From: an uncultured Chloroflexia bacterium
Lineage (GTDB): Bacteria; Chloroflexota; Limnocylindria; Limnocylindrales; CSP1-4
Assembly: GCA_963749705.1 (NCBI GenBank)
Contig: CAVVNQ010000008.1
Span: 32,001 to 96,000 of the forward strand
DNA: 64,000 nt
Direction: 5' to 3'
In this document: piece by piece, positions 18,638-28,694 of the stretch
How positions within the stretch are numbered: the first letter of the stretch is position 1
Layout of the letters: every line of letters begins with the position of its first letter
Program-made: the position numbers and the translations under genes
The notes under the pieces: model-generated
Databases searched by the model: none
What the model saw: only the letters and a program-made list of their open reading frames with translations
What the model was told of the DNA's origin: nothing

Positions 18638-19954
18638 ATGGATCGCTTCCGGTTCACCACCGCCGGCGAGAGCCACGGGCCGATGCTCGGGGCGATCGTC
18701 GAGGGCGTCCCGGCCGGCCTCGCGCTGACCGAGGATGACCTCGCGGTCGATCTCGCGCGCCGCCAGCGCGGCTACGGCCGTGGCGCCCGCCAGGCGATCG
18801 AGAAGGACCGGGCGCGAATCCTGGCCGGGGTCCGTCACGGGCGGACGCTGGGCTCGCCGATCCTGCTCGAGGTGGCCAACCGGGACTGGGAGAACTGGAC
18901 ACGGGTGATGCAGATCGCGCCGTTGTCCGACGACGAGGCCGCCGAGCTGGCAACCCTGGCCGCCGACGGCGTCAAGCGCGCGCAGCCGATCACCCGCGTC
19001 AGGCCGGGGCATGCCGACCTGGCGGGCGCGCTCAAGTACGGGTTCAACGACGTGCGTGACGTGCTCGAGCGCTCGTCCGCCCGCGAGACAACCGCCCGGG
19101 TCGCTGCGGGCGGCGTGGCCCGCGCGTTCCTGCGCGCGCTGGGGATCGAGGTCTGGTCGTTCACGGCCGAGGTGGGCGGGGTCGCCATCGATCCGGCCCG
19201 GGTCACACGGACGCGCGACGAGGCCGATGCCTCACCGCTCCGCTGCCCGGATCCTGATGCCGAGGCGGCGATGATGGCCCGCATCGACGAGGCCCGATCG
19301 AACGGCGACACCGTCGGCGGCGTGTTCGAGGTCGTCGTCCACGGCGCGCCGATCGGGCTGGGCAGCTACGTCCACTGGGACCGGCGCCTGGACGCGGCGC
19401 TCGCCGCCGCCGTGATGAGCATCAACATCCTCAAGGGTGTCGAGATCGGGCTCGGGTTCGAGCAGACGAAGCGCTTCGGGTCGGAGGTCCACGACGTGAT
19501 CGAGGGCCGTCTCGATGATGGCAGCTGGATCCACCGGACGAACAACGCGGGCGGCCTGACCGGCGGTGTCACCAACGGCGAGCCGATCGTCGTTCGCGGA
19601 GCGGTCAAGCCGATCTCGACCCTGGCCCGGCCGCTGGCGACGGCCGACCTGGTGACCGGCAAGCCCGTCGACACGGCGCACTACGAGCGGAGCGACATCT
19701 CGGTCGTCCCGGCGGCCGGGGTGATCGGCGAGGCGATGGTCATGCTCACGCTGGCCCGGTTCGTGCTGGACAAGACTGGCGGCGATTCGATGCCCGAGGT
19801 CGAGGACAACCTGCGCCGGTATCGCGAGCGGATCGCGATCGTGCCAGATTCCCCGGTGGCGGGCGCCCGTCCGGGTGCTCGCGACCCGGTCGCGTTCGAG
19901 GCCGACCCCGCGATACCCGGCGACGGCGAGGCCGGCTCCGGCGGGGACGACTGA
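18638..19954 (+). CDS. aroC: Chorismate synthase
   Basis: FTTAGESHG, RRQRGYGRG, RPGHAD, ERSSARETT, NNAGG..GG.TNG, KPIST, RSD; ATG 18638. Confidence 0.97.
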   Translation: MDRFRFTTAGESHGPMLGAIVEGVPAGLALTEDDLAVDLARRQRGYGRGARQAIEKDRARILAGVRHGRTLGSPILLEVANRDWENWTRVMQIAPLSDDEAAELATLAADGVKRAQPITRVRPGHADLAGALKYGFNDVRDVLERSSARETTARVAAGGVARAFLRALGIEVWSFTAEVGGVAIDPARVTRTRDEADASPLRCPDPDAEAAMMARIDEARSNGDTVGGVFEVVVHGAPIGLGSYVHWDRRLDAALAAAVMSINILKGVEIGLGFEQTKRFGSEVHDVIEGRLDDGSWIHRTNNAGGLTGGVTNGEPIVVRGAVKPISTLARPLATADLVTGKPVDTAHYERSDISVVPAAGVIGEAMVMLTLARFVLDKTGGDSMPEVEDNLRRYRERIAIVPDSPVAGARPGARDPVAFEADPAIPGDGEAGSGGDD

Positions 19955-19961
19955 GCGCGCC

Positions 19962-21669
19962 GTGGATCTCGTGCTGGTCGGACTCCCGGGAAGTGGCAAG
20001 AGCGCCGTCGGTCGTCGCATCGCGGCGCGTCATCACGCGGCATTCATCGACCTCGACGACCAGATCGAGCGGGCCGCGGGCCGGCCCATCCCCGAGATCT
20101 TCGCAAGGGATGGCGAGGCCGCGTTCCGGGCCTTCGAGCGAGGCGGCAGTCGCTGGCCTCGGCCAGGCCGACGCGAGCGCCGGACCTCCGGCGCGTGATC
20201 TCGCCCGGCGGCGGCGCCGTCGTCGATCCCCGCAACCGCTGGGCGCTGTATCGCGGACGGGTGCCGGTGTGGCTGGACGTTCGACCGGAGGTGCTTGCGC
20301 AGCGGCTTCGCCGCACGTCCAACCGTGCGCCCGCTCGATCCAGGGCGACGATCCGCTGGGCAGGATCGGAGCCCTGGCGACGCCGGGCGAGCGCTTCTAT
20401 GCCGCGGCACATCCGGTCAACGGCGTAGCCGACATCGCGTCGGTGCTCGGCGCGGTGGAACAGATGCTCGACGATGGGCCAGACGCCTGCGACAACGCTG
20501 CTTCGGGCGACGACGCCGATCGGCGACATCGTCATCGGCGATTCGATCGCCGCGATCAGCCGATCGACGCGACGCTCCGCCAGCTGGGCGCGAGCCGCGC
20601 CGTGATCGTGAGCGAGCCCGGCGCCTGGTCGGCATTCGGCGAAGCGTGGTGAGACGCTGCGCGCGGCGGGCTGGCCCGGTCGAGACGGTGATGCTGCCCG
20701 TCGGGCGAGGAGGCGAAGCACCTGTCGGTCATCGAGGCTGCCGCACGAGACCTCGCCAGTCGTCACGTCGAACGACACGAGCCGCTGATCGCGATCGGCG
20801 GCGGCGCGCTGGGCGATCCGGCGGGCTTCCTGGCAGCAACCTACCTCCGCGGTATCCCATGGATCCAGGTCCCGACCACGCTCGTCGCGCAGGTCGACTC
20901 GGCGATCGGCGGCAAGACCGGCGTCGACCTGCCCGAGGGCAAGAACCTGCGTGGGGGCGTTCCACCACCCGTCCGCGATCGTCCTCGACGTCGCGGCCCT
21001 GCGGTCGCTCCCCGAGCGCCAGCTGCGCGCTGCAATGGGCGAGATCGTCAAGATGGCGGCCCTCGGCGATGCGAGCTGCTGTTCGCGACGCTCGAGGCCG
21101 AGGCCGAGGCGATCGCCCATGGCGACGCACCCATGTTCGATGCGCGGCATCCTCGCGGAGGTCGTCGAGCGCTCCGTCATGGGCGAAGGTCGAGGTCGTG
21201 ACCGCGGATGCCCGCGAGCAGGGCGCTATCGGGGGCCGGATCACGACTCAACCTCGGGCACACGGTCGGCCACGCGCTGGAGGCGGCCGACGGGTACGAG
21301 ACGCTCCTCCACGGTGAGGCGGTCGCGTACGGGTTGCGTGCCGCGGTGCGCATCGGCTCGGCGCTCGGGGTGACGCCGGCGGATCGCGGGCTGCGGATCG
21401 AGACGCTCCTCGACCGGCTCGACCTCGGTTGCGCGCCGCTCCCCTATCCCGCGGACGCGGTGATCGACGCGACGAGGACCGACAAGAAGCACGCGGGCGG
21501 GCGGCTCCGCTGGGTGCTGCCGACGGCGGACGGCGTCGAGGTGCACGACGATGTCCCGGACGACGTGGTCGCGGACGCCGTGCGCTCGGTCCTGGCCGGC
21601 AAGGCCGCCGGATCGGTTCCGGCCGGTGACGCCGAGACGACCCGCACCGGCTCGAGGGCGACGGCATGA
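19962..21669 (+). pseudogene. aroB: aroK-aroB fusion (copy 2) broken by several frameshifts (assembly indels or true decay)
   Basis: Pieces in different frames: VDLVLVGLPGSGKSAVG..DLDDQIE; ISPGGGAVVDPRNR; PTTLVAQVDSAIGGKTGVDLPEGKN; GAFHHP; LNLGHTVGHALE..HGEAVAYG..DKK. Confidence 0.85.
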
Positions 21670-22103
21670 CCCGGGTGCTCGTGCTCCAGGGCCCCAACCT
21701 CAACCTGCTGGGCACCCGAGAGCCCGAGATCTACGGGCGCGAGACGCTGGACGAGATCCACGCCGGGATCGCGACACGGGCGGCCGAGCTGGGCCTCGAG
21801 GTGGACTTCTTCCAGTCCAACCATGAGGGCGCCCTGATCGACCGCCTCCACGTCCGCGACTTCGACGCCGCGATCGTCAACGCCGCCGGCCTGACCCACA
21901 CCTCGGTCTCGCTGCGCGACGCGCTGCTCGCGATCGAGCGACCGTTCTGGGAGGTCCACCTCTCGGATCCGTGGACGCGGGATGCGTTCCGGCGGGTCAA
22001 CTTCCTCCACGACATCGCGGTGGGGTCGATCATCGGGCAGGGCGCGCGTGGCTACCACGTGGCGCTCGAGGCCATCGCGGCCCGGTTCGAGGGAACGGCA
22101 TGA
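21666..22103 (+). CDS. aroQ: Type II 3-dehydroquinate dehydratase
   Basis: GPNLNLLGTREPEIYG, QSNHEG, THTSVSLRDA, EVHLS. Confidence 0.97.
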   Translation: MTRVLVLQGPNLNLLGTREPEIYGRETLDEIHAGIATRAAELGLEVDFFQSNHEGALIDRLHVRDFDAAIVNAAGLTHTSVSLRDALLAIERPFWEVHLSDPWTRDAFRRVNFLHDIAVGSIIGQGARGYHVALEAIAARFEGTA

Positions 22104-22465
22104 GCCGCGAACTCGACGGCCGGAAGGCGGGCGCGACGCGACCCACGGCCGCGGAGCGCGACGCTGCGGCGCTCGAGCTCGCCCGAATCCGCGACCAGAT
22201 CGACGAGCTGGACCAGCGGATCGTCGAGCTGCTCAATGAGCGCACGACGCTCGGACGGGCGGCGGGGCGGTCAAAGGCGCTCGCGGGGCGGCGCGCGATC
22301 CACGACCCGGAGCGCGAGCGCGAGGTGCTCCTGCGGGTCGCCATGGCCAACCCGGGACCGCTGCCGCAGGCGGACCTGATCTCGATCTACCGCAGGATCG
22401 TGGCGGTGACGCGGGGTCTCGAGTCGCGGGATCGGACGCATGCCGGGCGATCGGGCGACGACTGA
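22100..22465 (+). CDS. Chorismate mutase (AroQ class)
   Basis: LARIRDQIDELDQRIVELLNER..K...IHDPERE; ATGA overlap with the dehydratase stop. Confidence 0.9.
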   Translation: MSRELDGRKAGATRPTAAERDAAALELARIRDQIDELDQRIVELLNERTTLGRAAGRSKALAGRRAIHDPEREREVLLRVAMANPGPLPQADLISIYRRIVAVTRGLESRDRTHAGRSGDD

Positions 22466-23450
22466 CACCGCCGGGGAGCCGGCGGATCCTGCCGACGCGG
22501 GCGGGGAGCTGCTGGTCCCCGTGGCCGCCGGCAGCGAGCGCCCCGACCCCCGCATCCTGCCCACGGCGCCGGTCACGCGATTCGCCCCGGCACCCACCGG
22601 GTTCCTCCACCTCGGGCACCTGGTCAACGCGGTGTACACGTGGGGGATCGCGGCAGCGACCGGGGGCCGGGTGATCCTGCGCATCGAGGACCATGACCGG
22701 CAGCGCTCGCGGGGCGGATATGAGACCGCCATGCTGGACGACCTCGACCGGCTGGGCCTGGCGCCCGACGAACCCTCGATCGTCGCGTTCCGCGGAGGCG
22801 CGACCTCGTACCGCCAATCTGATTCGGACGAGGCGTATGCGTCGGCGCTCGCCCGCCTGCGCGATGCCGGCCTGGCGTACGCGTGCGACTGCACCCGGTC
22901 CACGTTCGCCGCGTATGCCGAGGCGCACGGCCGCCCGTGGCGCGGGATCGGCTGCCCCGGCGGCTGCCGTTCCCGACAGCTGCCGGAGGACGGCGACGTG
23001 GGCATCCGGGTCGCCGTCGGGGCGGGATCGGAATCGTGGGTGGACCTGCTGGTCGGCCCGACGGCGGACGAACCGGCCGCGACCGGTGACCTGCTGGTCC
23101 GTGATCGGCTGGGCAACTGGACGTACCCGTTGTGCGTGGTCGTCGACGACCTGCGCCACGGCGTGGACCTGGTGATCCGGGGACGCGACCTCCTGGATGC
23201 GACGGCCGTCCAGCTGCGGCTGGCCCGGCTGCTGGGGCGTGATGTGCCGCCGCGGTTCCTCCACCATCCACTGGTCAGGCGGGTATCCGGCCAAAAGCTG
23301 TCGAAGGCCGAGGGCGATACCGCCGTCCGGGCGTTCCTCGAAGCCGGGCGGACGCCCGCCGAGCTGTTCGGGCTGGCGGCGCGGCTGGCGGGGCTGCGTC
23401 CGGATGCTGAGCCGATCGAGGCCGCGGCCCTGGGGTCACTGTTCGCCTGA
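22440..23450 (+). CDS. gluQ: Glutamyl-Q tRNA(Asp) synthetase (GluRS catalytic-domain paralogue)
   Basis: TRFAPAPTGFLHLGH, LRIEDHD, RQSD, YACDCTR, VVVDD...VIRGRDL, KLSK; no anticodon-binding domain. Confidence 0.85.
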   Translation: MPGDRATTDTAGEPADPADAGGELLVPVAAGSERPDPRILPTAPVTRFAPAPTGFLHLGHLVNAVYTWGIAAATGGRVILRIEDHDRQRSRGGYETAMLDDLDRLGLAPDEPSIVAFRGGATSYRQSDSDEAYASALARLRDAGLAYACDCTRSTFAAYAEAHGRPWRGIGCPGGCRSRQLPEDGDVGIRVAVGAGSESWVDLLVGPTADEPAATGDLLVRDRLGNWTYPLCVVVDDLRHGVDLVIRGRDLLDATAVQLRLARLLGRDVPPRFLHHPLVRRVSGQKLSKAEGDTAVRAFLEAGRTPAELFGLAARLAGLRPDAEPIEAAALGSLFA

Positions 23451-23481
23451 GCTCCGCCCGTATGCGTACACCGCGGACCCG

Positions 23482-24129
23482 TCAGCCGGGCTCGGTGCGG
23501 TCCTCGATCTCCCACGCGTGATCGAGCACGTGCCACGCGATCCGGCGCGCCGCGTAGCGCTGCGTCCACCTGCGCCCGCCGATCACCGTGCCATCCGACG
23601 GCGCCACGAGGACCTCGGTGATCGCCGCCCGGATGGCGTCGCGGCTGGCGCCCTTGCCGAGCTTGATCCCGATCTGGGCGGCGTACGCCTCCTCGGCGTC
23701 GGTGACGTGGCCGACGATCCTGGTGCGGTCCCGGCCCCCGCCGCGGGGGCCCTTGCGGAGCTCCTCGGGTGCCGTTGCCGCAACCTCGTCGAACACGGCC
23801 CAGGAGGCCCCGACGAGCGCGGACAGGCCCTCTGCCTCAGCGGCGTCCGCGGGTCGGCGATCAGCCTCCGCGATGATCGCGGGCGCACCGAACGAGGTGG
23901 TTGCGTTGCCCGCGGCGTGCTCGACCGCCTCGACCGCGACGTCGGTGTCGAACGGGATCCCCGCCCGACGCGCGACTGCGAGGTACCGAGGCACGGCGGT
24001 CAGCAGCGCCTCGATCGCCAGCGCTTCGTCCTTGCCTGCGCGGGACAGGCCCGGCCAGTCGAGCGCGGACGCGAACACCTTCTTCGGCGTGGTCTCGACG
24101 AGCGCGCGGATCGCCTGCGGAGCGGCCAT
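23482..24129 (-). CDS. Conserved hypothetical protein
   Basis: KKVFASALDWPG..R, ELRKGPRGGGRDR, RRIAWHVLDHAWEIEDR (His-containing, DinB-like C-terminus); leaderless start after CATACT. Confidence 0.75.
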   Translation of the reverse strand: MAAPQAIRALVETTPKKVFASALDWPGLSRAGKDEALAIEALLTAVPRYLAVARRAGIPFDTDVAVEAVEHAAGNATTSFGAPAIIAEADRRPADAAEAEGLSALVGASWAVFDEVAATAPEELRKGPRGGGRDRTRIVGHVTDAEEAYAAQIGIKLGKGASRDAIRAAITEVLVAPSDGTVIGGRRWTQRYAARRIAWHVLDHAWEIEDRTEPG

Positions 24130-24147
24130 CGCCCGAGTATGCCTCGC

Positions 24148-25872
24148 CTACGGGACCGCCGCAGACCTTGCGACCGCTGACGCTGCCGTGAGCTCGGGTC
24201 CCCGGGTCCACGACGGCCCGTCGAACAGCTCCGGACGATGCGTGAGGACGAGCACCGTGCGTCCGACCGTGGCCAGCTCGAGGTCCGCGACGAACGCACG
24301 AGCCGTGGCCTCGTCGAGATGCTCGGTCGGCTCGTCGAGGATCAGCACGCGGACATCGGCGAGCAGCGCCCGCGCGAGCGCCAGCCGCTGCCGCTGGCCG
24401 GCCGAGAGTCGAGCCCCGTGCTCCCCCACGGACGTCGCGAGGCCGTCCGGCAGCGAGCGGACCCAGGGGAGCAGTCGAGCCGACGCGAGCGCACCCTCGA
24501 GCTCGGCATCGGGCGCTCCCGGGCGCGCCAGCCGGATGTTGTCGGCGATCGAGGCATCGAAGATATGTGGATCCTGCTCGCACAGGCCGACCGCGGCCCG
24601 GACCGCGTCGCCGTCGAGCCGGCGCACGTCGACGGCGGCATCGGCCGAGGCGCCGACGACCTCGGTGGCGGCGTCGGAGCCGACCAGCTCGAGGGTGCCC
24701 GCGACGGGCTCGAGAAATCGAAGGCAGGCGGCGGCGAAGGTGCTCTTGCCGGCGCCGCTGGGTCCGGTGACCACCGTCCGCGCACCGGCGGGGACGTCGA
24801 GCGACGGCAGGATTAGCGCATCGACATCCGCGAGCGGGTAGCGCAGCCGAAGCCCGCGGACCCGGATCCCGAGCGGGCCTTCCGGGACGGGCAGCGGCTC
24901 CACCGGGTCCGGAACCGGGTCAGGGCGCGCCAGGATGTCCAGCACGCGGCCCGCCGACGCCGCCAGACCCGGCAGCTTCTGGGCCGCGGGCACCAGCGGG
25001 GCCAGGACCTCGTGGATCGCGATCGGGGTCAGCGCGACAACCGCGAGCGCAACGACGTCAAGGCGGCCGTCGCGAACGGCGATGATCCCAAGCACGAGCG
25101 CGATCCACGCCGAGGCGCCGGAAGCGAGACCCGCCACGAGCCCGCCGGTCCCGGCCCCGAACGCCGAGCGCCGCTCCGCCGCCGCCAGCCGGGCGTCGAC
25201 GCTCCGGACCCCATCGACCGCCCTCGTCGAGGCACCGGCGGCGAGGATCTCCGGGGCTCCGCGAAGGAGGTCGATCGCCGCATCCCCGAGGTCACCACGT
25301 GCCGGCGCGAGCAGCCGCTCGGCGCGGCGCGACACGACGGCCGCGGCCAGCGGAGCCCCCAGCGCCGCCATCACGAGGCCGGCGGCGACCGCGAAGCCGG
25401 CTGCTGGCACCAGCCACGCGATCAGCGCGACCGTGCCGATCGCGACCACGAGGGCCGATCCATACGGCAGCAGGACCCGCAGCCAGAGATCGGCCAGGCC
25501 ATCGACATCGCCCACCAGGCGCGCCAGGAGATCGCCGGATCGAAGCTCCGCCAGCCCCGCGGGCGCCAGACGCACGAGGCGGGCGTAGACCGTGGTGCGC
25601 AGCTCGCCCAGCACCCGGAACGCGGCGTCGTGCGCGGCGAGCCGCTCCGCGTACCGCAGCACGCCGCGGGCGATGCCGAACGCGCGCACCGAGGTCACGG
25701 CAACGAACAGGGTGAGGATCGGCGGCTGCTGCGCGGCCTTCGAGATCAGCCAGGCGGACGTGGTGGCGAGGCCGATCGCAGACGCCGCGGCGCCGATCCC
25801 GGCGAGGATCGCGAGCGCGAGCCGCGGCGTGACCGGCCGGCCGATCCGGAGGATGGCGAGCAGCGAGCTCAC
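24148..25872 (-). CDS. cydC: Thiol reductant ABC exporter CydC
   Basis: SAWLISKAA, RYAERLAAHD, GPSGAGKST, LSAGQRQR, LDEPTEHLD; GTG 25872 overlaps the cydD stop. Confidence 0.93.
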   Translation of the reverse strand: MSSLLAILRIGRPVTPRLALAILAGIGAAASAIGLATTSAWLISKAAQQPPILTLFVAVTSVRAFGIARGVLRYAERLAAHDAAFRVLGELRTTVYARLVRLAPAGLAELRSGDLLARLVGDVDGLADLWLRVLLPYGSALVVAIGTVALIAWLVPAAGFAVAAGLVMAALGAPLAAAVVSRRAERLLAPARGDLGDAAIDLLRGAPEILAAGASTRAVDGVRSVDARLAAAERRSAFGAGTGGLVAGLASGASAWIALVLGIIAVRDGRLDVVALAVVALTPIAIHEVLAPLVPAAQKLPGLAASAGRVLDILARPDPVPDPVEPLPVPEGPLGIRVRGLRLRYPLADVDALILPSLDVPAGARTVVTGPSGAGKSTFAAACLRFLEPVAGTLELVGSDAATEVVGASADAAVDVRRLDGDAVRAAVGLCEQDPHIFDASIADNIRLARPGAPDAELEGALASARLLPWVRSLPDGLATSVGEHGARLSAGQRQRLALARALLADVRVLILDEPTEHLDEATARAFVADLELATVGRTVLVLTHRPELFDGPSWTRGPELTAASAVARSAAVP

Positions 25873-27596
25873 CCGACCGGCTCCGCGGCGACGGCGACGA
25901 GCTCGCCTGTGGACAGCCCGCCGGGGACGGGTTCGACGGCGGCCCAGCGCACCTCGATCGTCCGGTCCGCCCCGGCGACGGCGCCCGGGCGATGGGCCAC
26001 CACCACGACGGTGGCACCGCCGTCGGCGGCGCGACGGAGGGCACACATGACCTGCGCCTCCGACGCCTCGTCGAGGCCCGCGGTGGGCTCGTCCAGCAGC
26101 AGGACCGGCGCGTCCCGGACCAGCGCCCGTGCGATGCCGATTCGACGACGCTGGCCGCTCGACAGCCGCGCCCCGCGCTCCCCCAGCTCCCGACCGAGCG
26201 CTAGGTCGGCCAGCCCGACGGCAGCGAGGGCGGCGCGGATCGCGGGATCGCCGGCGTCGGGTGCGCCCAGGCGGACGTTGTCGGCAACCGTCCCGGCGAA
26301 CAGCCACGGCGCCTGGGGAACCCACGCCACCTTCGCCCGCCAGGCCGCGGGATCCATCGCTCGCACGTCGACCGCGTCGCGGCCGTCGCCGGTCAGCGCC
26401 AGCACGCGACCGGTCGTGGGCGGGATCAGCCCGAGGATCGAGGCGAGCAGCGTCGACTTGCCGGCGCCGCTTTCGCCCGTGATCGCGACCAGCTCGCCGG
26501 CGCGTGCGATGAACGAGGCATCGGCCGGGGCGACGACCTCGCGGCCGGGCTGGACGACGCTCAGGTGATCGACCGAGATGCCGGCGACGCGCTCCGGCGG
26601 CTGCTGCCCGTCGGGCGGCGTGGCTGCCCCCACCGCCCCGACCGGCTGGTCGAGGATCGAGAACGCCGCCGCGGCCGCCTCGAGCCCCTCTTCGCTGGCA
26701 TGGAACTCGGTGCCCAGGCGGCGCAGCGGGAGATACGCCTCGGGCGCAAGCACCAGCGCGAACAGGCCGGTCTGGAGCGACAGGTCGCCGTCGGCCAGGC
26801 GGAGCCCGATCCCCACCGCGACCAGCGCGACCGACAGCGTCGCCAGGAGCTCCAGCGCGAGCGCCGACAGGAACGCGATCCGCAGCGTCGCCATCGTCGT
26901 GGTCCGGTAGGCGTCCGTGATCCGCCGCAGGATGCCGACCTGCGCCTCGGCACGACCGTACGCCCGCAACGTCGGCAGCCCGGCGACCACGTCGGAGAAC
27001 CGGTTGGCGAGCCGGGCGAGCGCGACCCACCGCCGCCGCCGGTGATCGGCCGACATCCGCCCGATGAGGATCATGAACACGGGGATCAGGGGCACGGTGA
27101 GCGCCACGGTCAGCCCGGCGACGAGGTCGACCGACAACAGGCAGCCGATGACGGCCAGCGGCACGATGACCGCCAGCGCGACCTGGGGCAGGTAGCGCCC
27201 GTAGTACCCGTCGAGCGCATCCAGGCCGCGGGTGACGAGCAGCGCGATCTCGCCGCTCGCCTGACCCGCCGCCCAGCGTGGCCCGAGCGACACCGCCCGC
27301 GCCATGAGCGCGACCCGGAGCTCTGACTTGACGGCGCCGCTGATCCGCTGCGCGACGACCTCGGACGCCCAGCTGAGCCCGGCGCGGATCGCCAGCACCG
27401 CTGCGAGCAGCAGGAGCACCGTCGCGAGCTGGGCCGGGCCCTCCCCGTCGACGAACGCGCCCGCGATCGCGCGGGCGATCAGCCAGGCCTGGGCGATGGC
27501 CAGGAGTGCGGTGGACAGGCCCAGGACGACGGCCGCGACGAGCGCGACGGTGGCTGTACGGCCCGACGCGAGCAGGCGGCGGTGGAGGGTCGTCAT
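25869..27596 (-). CDS. cydD: Thiol reductant ABC exporter CydD
   Basis: YLPQ, PLIPVFMILIG, LAPEAYLPLR..G.EFHAS, GESGAGKST, LSSGQRRR, LLDEPT. Confidence 0.94.
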   Translation of the reverse strand: MTTLHRRLLASGRTATVALVAAVVLGLSTALLAIAQAWLIARAIAGAFVDGEGPAQLATVLLLLAAVLAIRAGLSWASEVVAQRISGAVKSELRVALMARAVSLGPRWAAGQASGEIALLVTRGLDALDGYYGRYLPQVALAVIVPLAVIGCLLSVDLVAGLTVALTVPLIPVFMILIGRMSADHRRRRWVALARLANRFSDVVAGLPTLRAYGRAEAQVGILRRITDAYRTTTMATLRIAFLSALALELLATLSVALVAVGIGLRLADGDLSLQTGLFALVLAPEAYLPLRRLGTEFHASEEGLEAAAAAFSILDQPVGAVGAATPPDGQQPPERVAGISVDHLSVVQPGREVVAPADASFIARAGELVAITGESGAGKSTLLASILGLIPPTTGRVLALTGDGRDAVDVRAMDPAAWRAKVAWVPQAPWLFAGTVADNVRLGAPDAGDPAIRAALAAVGLADLALGRELGERGARLSSGQRRRIGIARALVRDAPVLLLDEPTAGLDEASEAQVMCALRRAADGGATVVVVAHRPGAVAGADRTIEVRWAAVEPVPGGLSTGELVAVAAEPVG

Positions 27597-27647
27597 GCGC
27601 GGCCGGGGACGCGGCTCGCGGTCAGCGTGGACCGCTCGTGACGGGGG

Positions 27648-27698
27648 CGTGGCCGCGGTCCGTCACGGCTCGGCCGTGGTCCGTCACGGCTCGACCGA
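27648..27698. repeat. 21-bp tandem duplication of the cydB 3' end
   Basis: GGTCCGTCACGGCTCG occurs twice with a 21-bp period; one copy contains the cydB stop. Confidence 0.7.
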
Positions 27699-28685
27699 GG
27701 CGCGCGGCACGCTGACCCGCTTGCGGAACACCCAGTACGTCCAGCCCTGGTAGATGAGCACGATGGGCACGAAGATGATCGCGACCACGGTCATGATCTG
27801 GAGGGTGTACTCGGTGGATGCCGCGTTGGTCGTCGTGAGGCTGTAGGCAGCATCGGTCGACGACGGCATCACGTCCGGGAACAGCGCCCAGAACAGGCTG
27901 ACCACGGCCAGCCCGATCGTCACCGCGGACCCGATGAACGCCCAGGCCTCGCGCCGCAGCCGGCTCGCGAGCAGCGCGCCGACGAACGCGACCGCGGCGA
28001 CGATCGCGAACCCGAACGACACCGCGTCGCCGCGGATCGCGTTGGCCCACACCAGGAACGCCACCGCCACGACGGCCGTGACCAGGCCGACGGGCAGCAC
28101 CAGCGCCGTCGCCCGCGCCCGGATCTCGTCCTCGGTCTTGAGCGCCAGGAACAGCAGCCCGTGGGTGATGAACAGGAGCAGCGTGGTCAGCCCGCCGAGC
28201 AGCGCGAACGGGTTGAGCAGCGTGAGCAGGTTGCCCGTGAACTGCTTGTCGGCATCGATCGGCACGCCGCCCACGATGTTCGCGAACGCGACCCCCCACA
28301 GCAGCGCCGGCACGAAGCTGCCGATGGCGATCGCGATGTCCCAGCGCTGCCGCCAGATCGCGCCGCCATGCTTGTTGCGGTACTCGATCGCGACCCCGCG
28401 CACGATCAGCGCGACGAGCAGCAGGAACAGCGCGAGGTAGAACCCCGAGAACAGCGTCGCGTACCACTCGGGAAACGCCGCGAACGTGGCGCCCCCGGCG
28501 ACGAGCACCCACACCTCGTTGCCGTCCCACACGGGACCGATCGTGCGCAGGATGGCGCGCCGCTCGGGCTCGGTGCGGCCGAGGATCGGGATCAGGATCC
28601 CGACCCCGAAGTCGAAGCCCTCGAGGATGAAATAGCCGATCCAGAGGATCGCGATCAGCGCGAACCAGACGGTCGTGAGCTCCAT
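27684..28685 (-). CDS. cydB: Cytochrome bd ubiquinol oxidase subunit II
   Basis: LEGFDFGVG, IGPVWDGNEVW, FAAFPEWYATLFSGFY, YWVFRKR. Confidence 0.97.
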   Translation of the reverse strand: MELTTVWFALIAILWIGYFILEGFDFGVGILIPILGRTEPERRAILRTIGPVWDGNEVWVLVAGGATFAAFPEWYATLFSGFYLALFLLLVALIVRGVAIEYRNKHGGAIWRQRWDIAIAIGSFVPALLWGVAFANIVGGVPIDADKQFTGNLLTLLNPFALLGGLTTLLLFITHGLLFLALKTEDEIRARATALVLPVGLVTAVVAVAFLVWANAIRGDAVSFGFAIVAAVAFVGALLASRLRREAWAFIGSAVTIGLAVVSLFWALFPDVMPSSTDAAYSLTTTNAASTEYTLQIMTVVAIIFVPIVLIYQGWTYWVFRKRVSVPRASVEP

Positions 28686-28694
28686 CGTCGTCCC

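Noticed and set aside
24148-27030. 960-aa CydC (and similarly 673-aa TrpD, 819-aa Ndk, 400-aa ArgR) as fusions
   Set aside because: The extensions are off-frame read-ins from upstream genes; true starts are at 25872, 37565, ~52889 and 45899.
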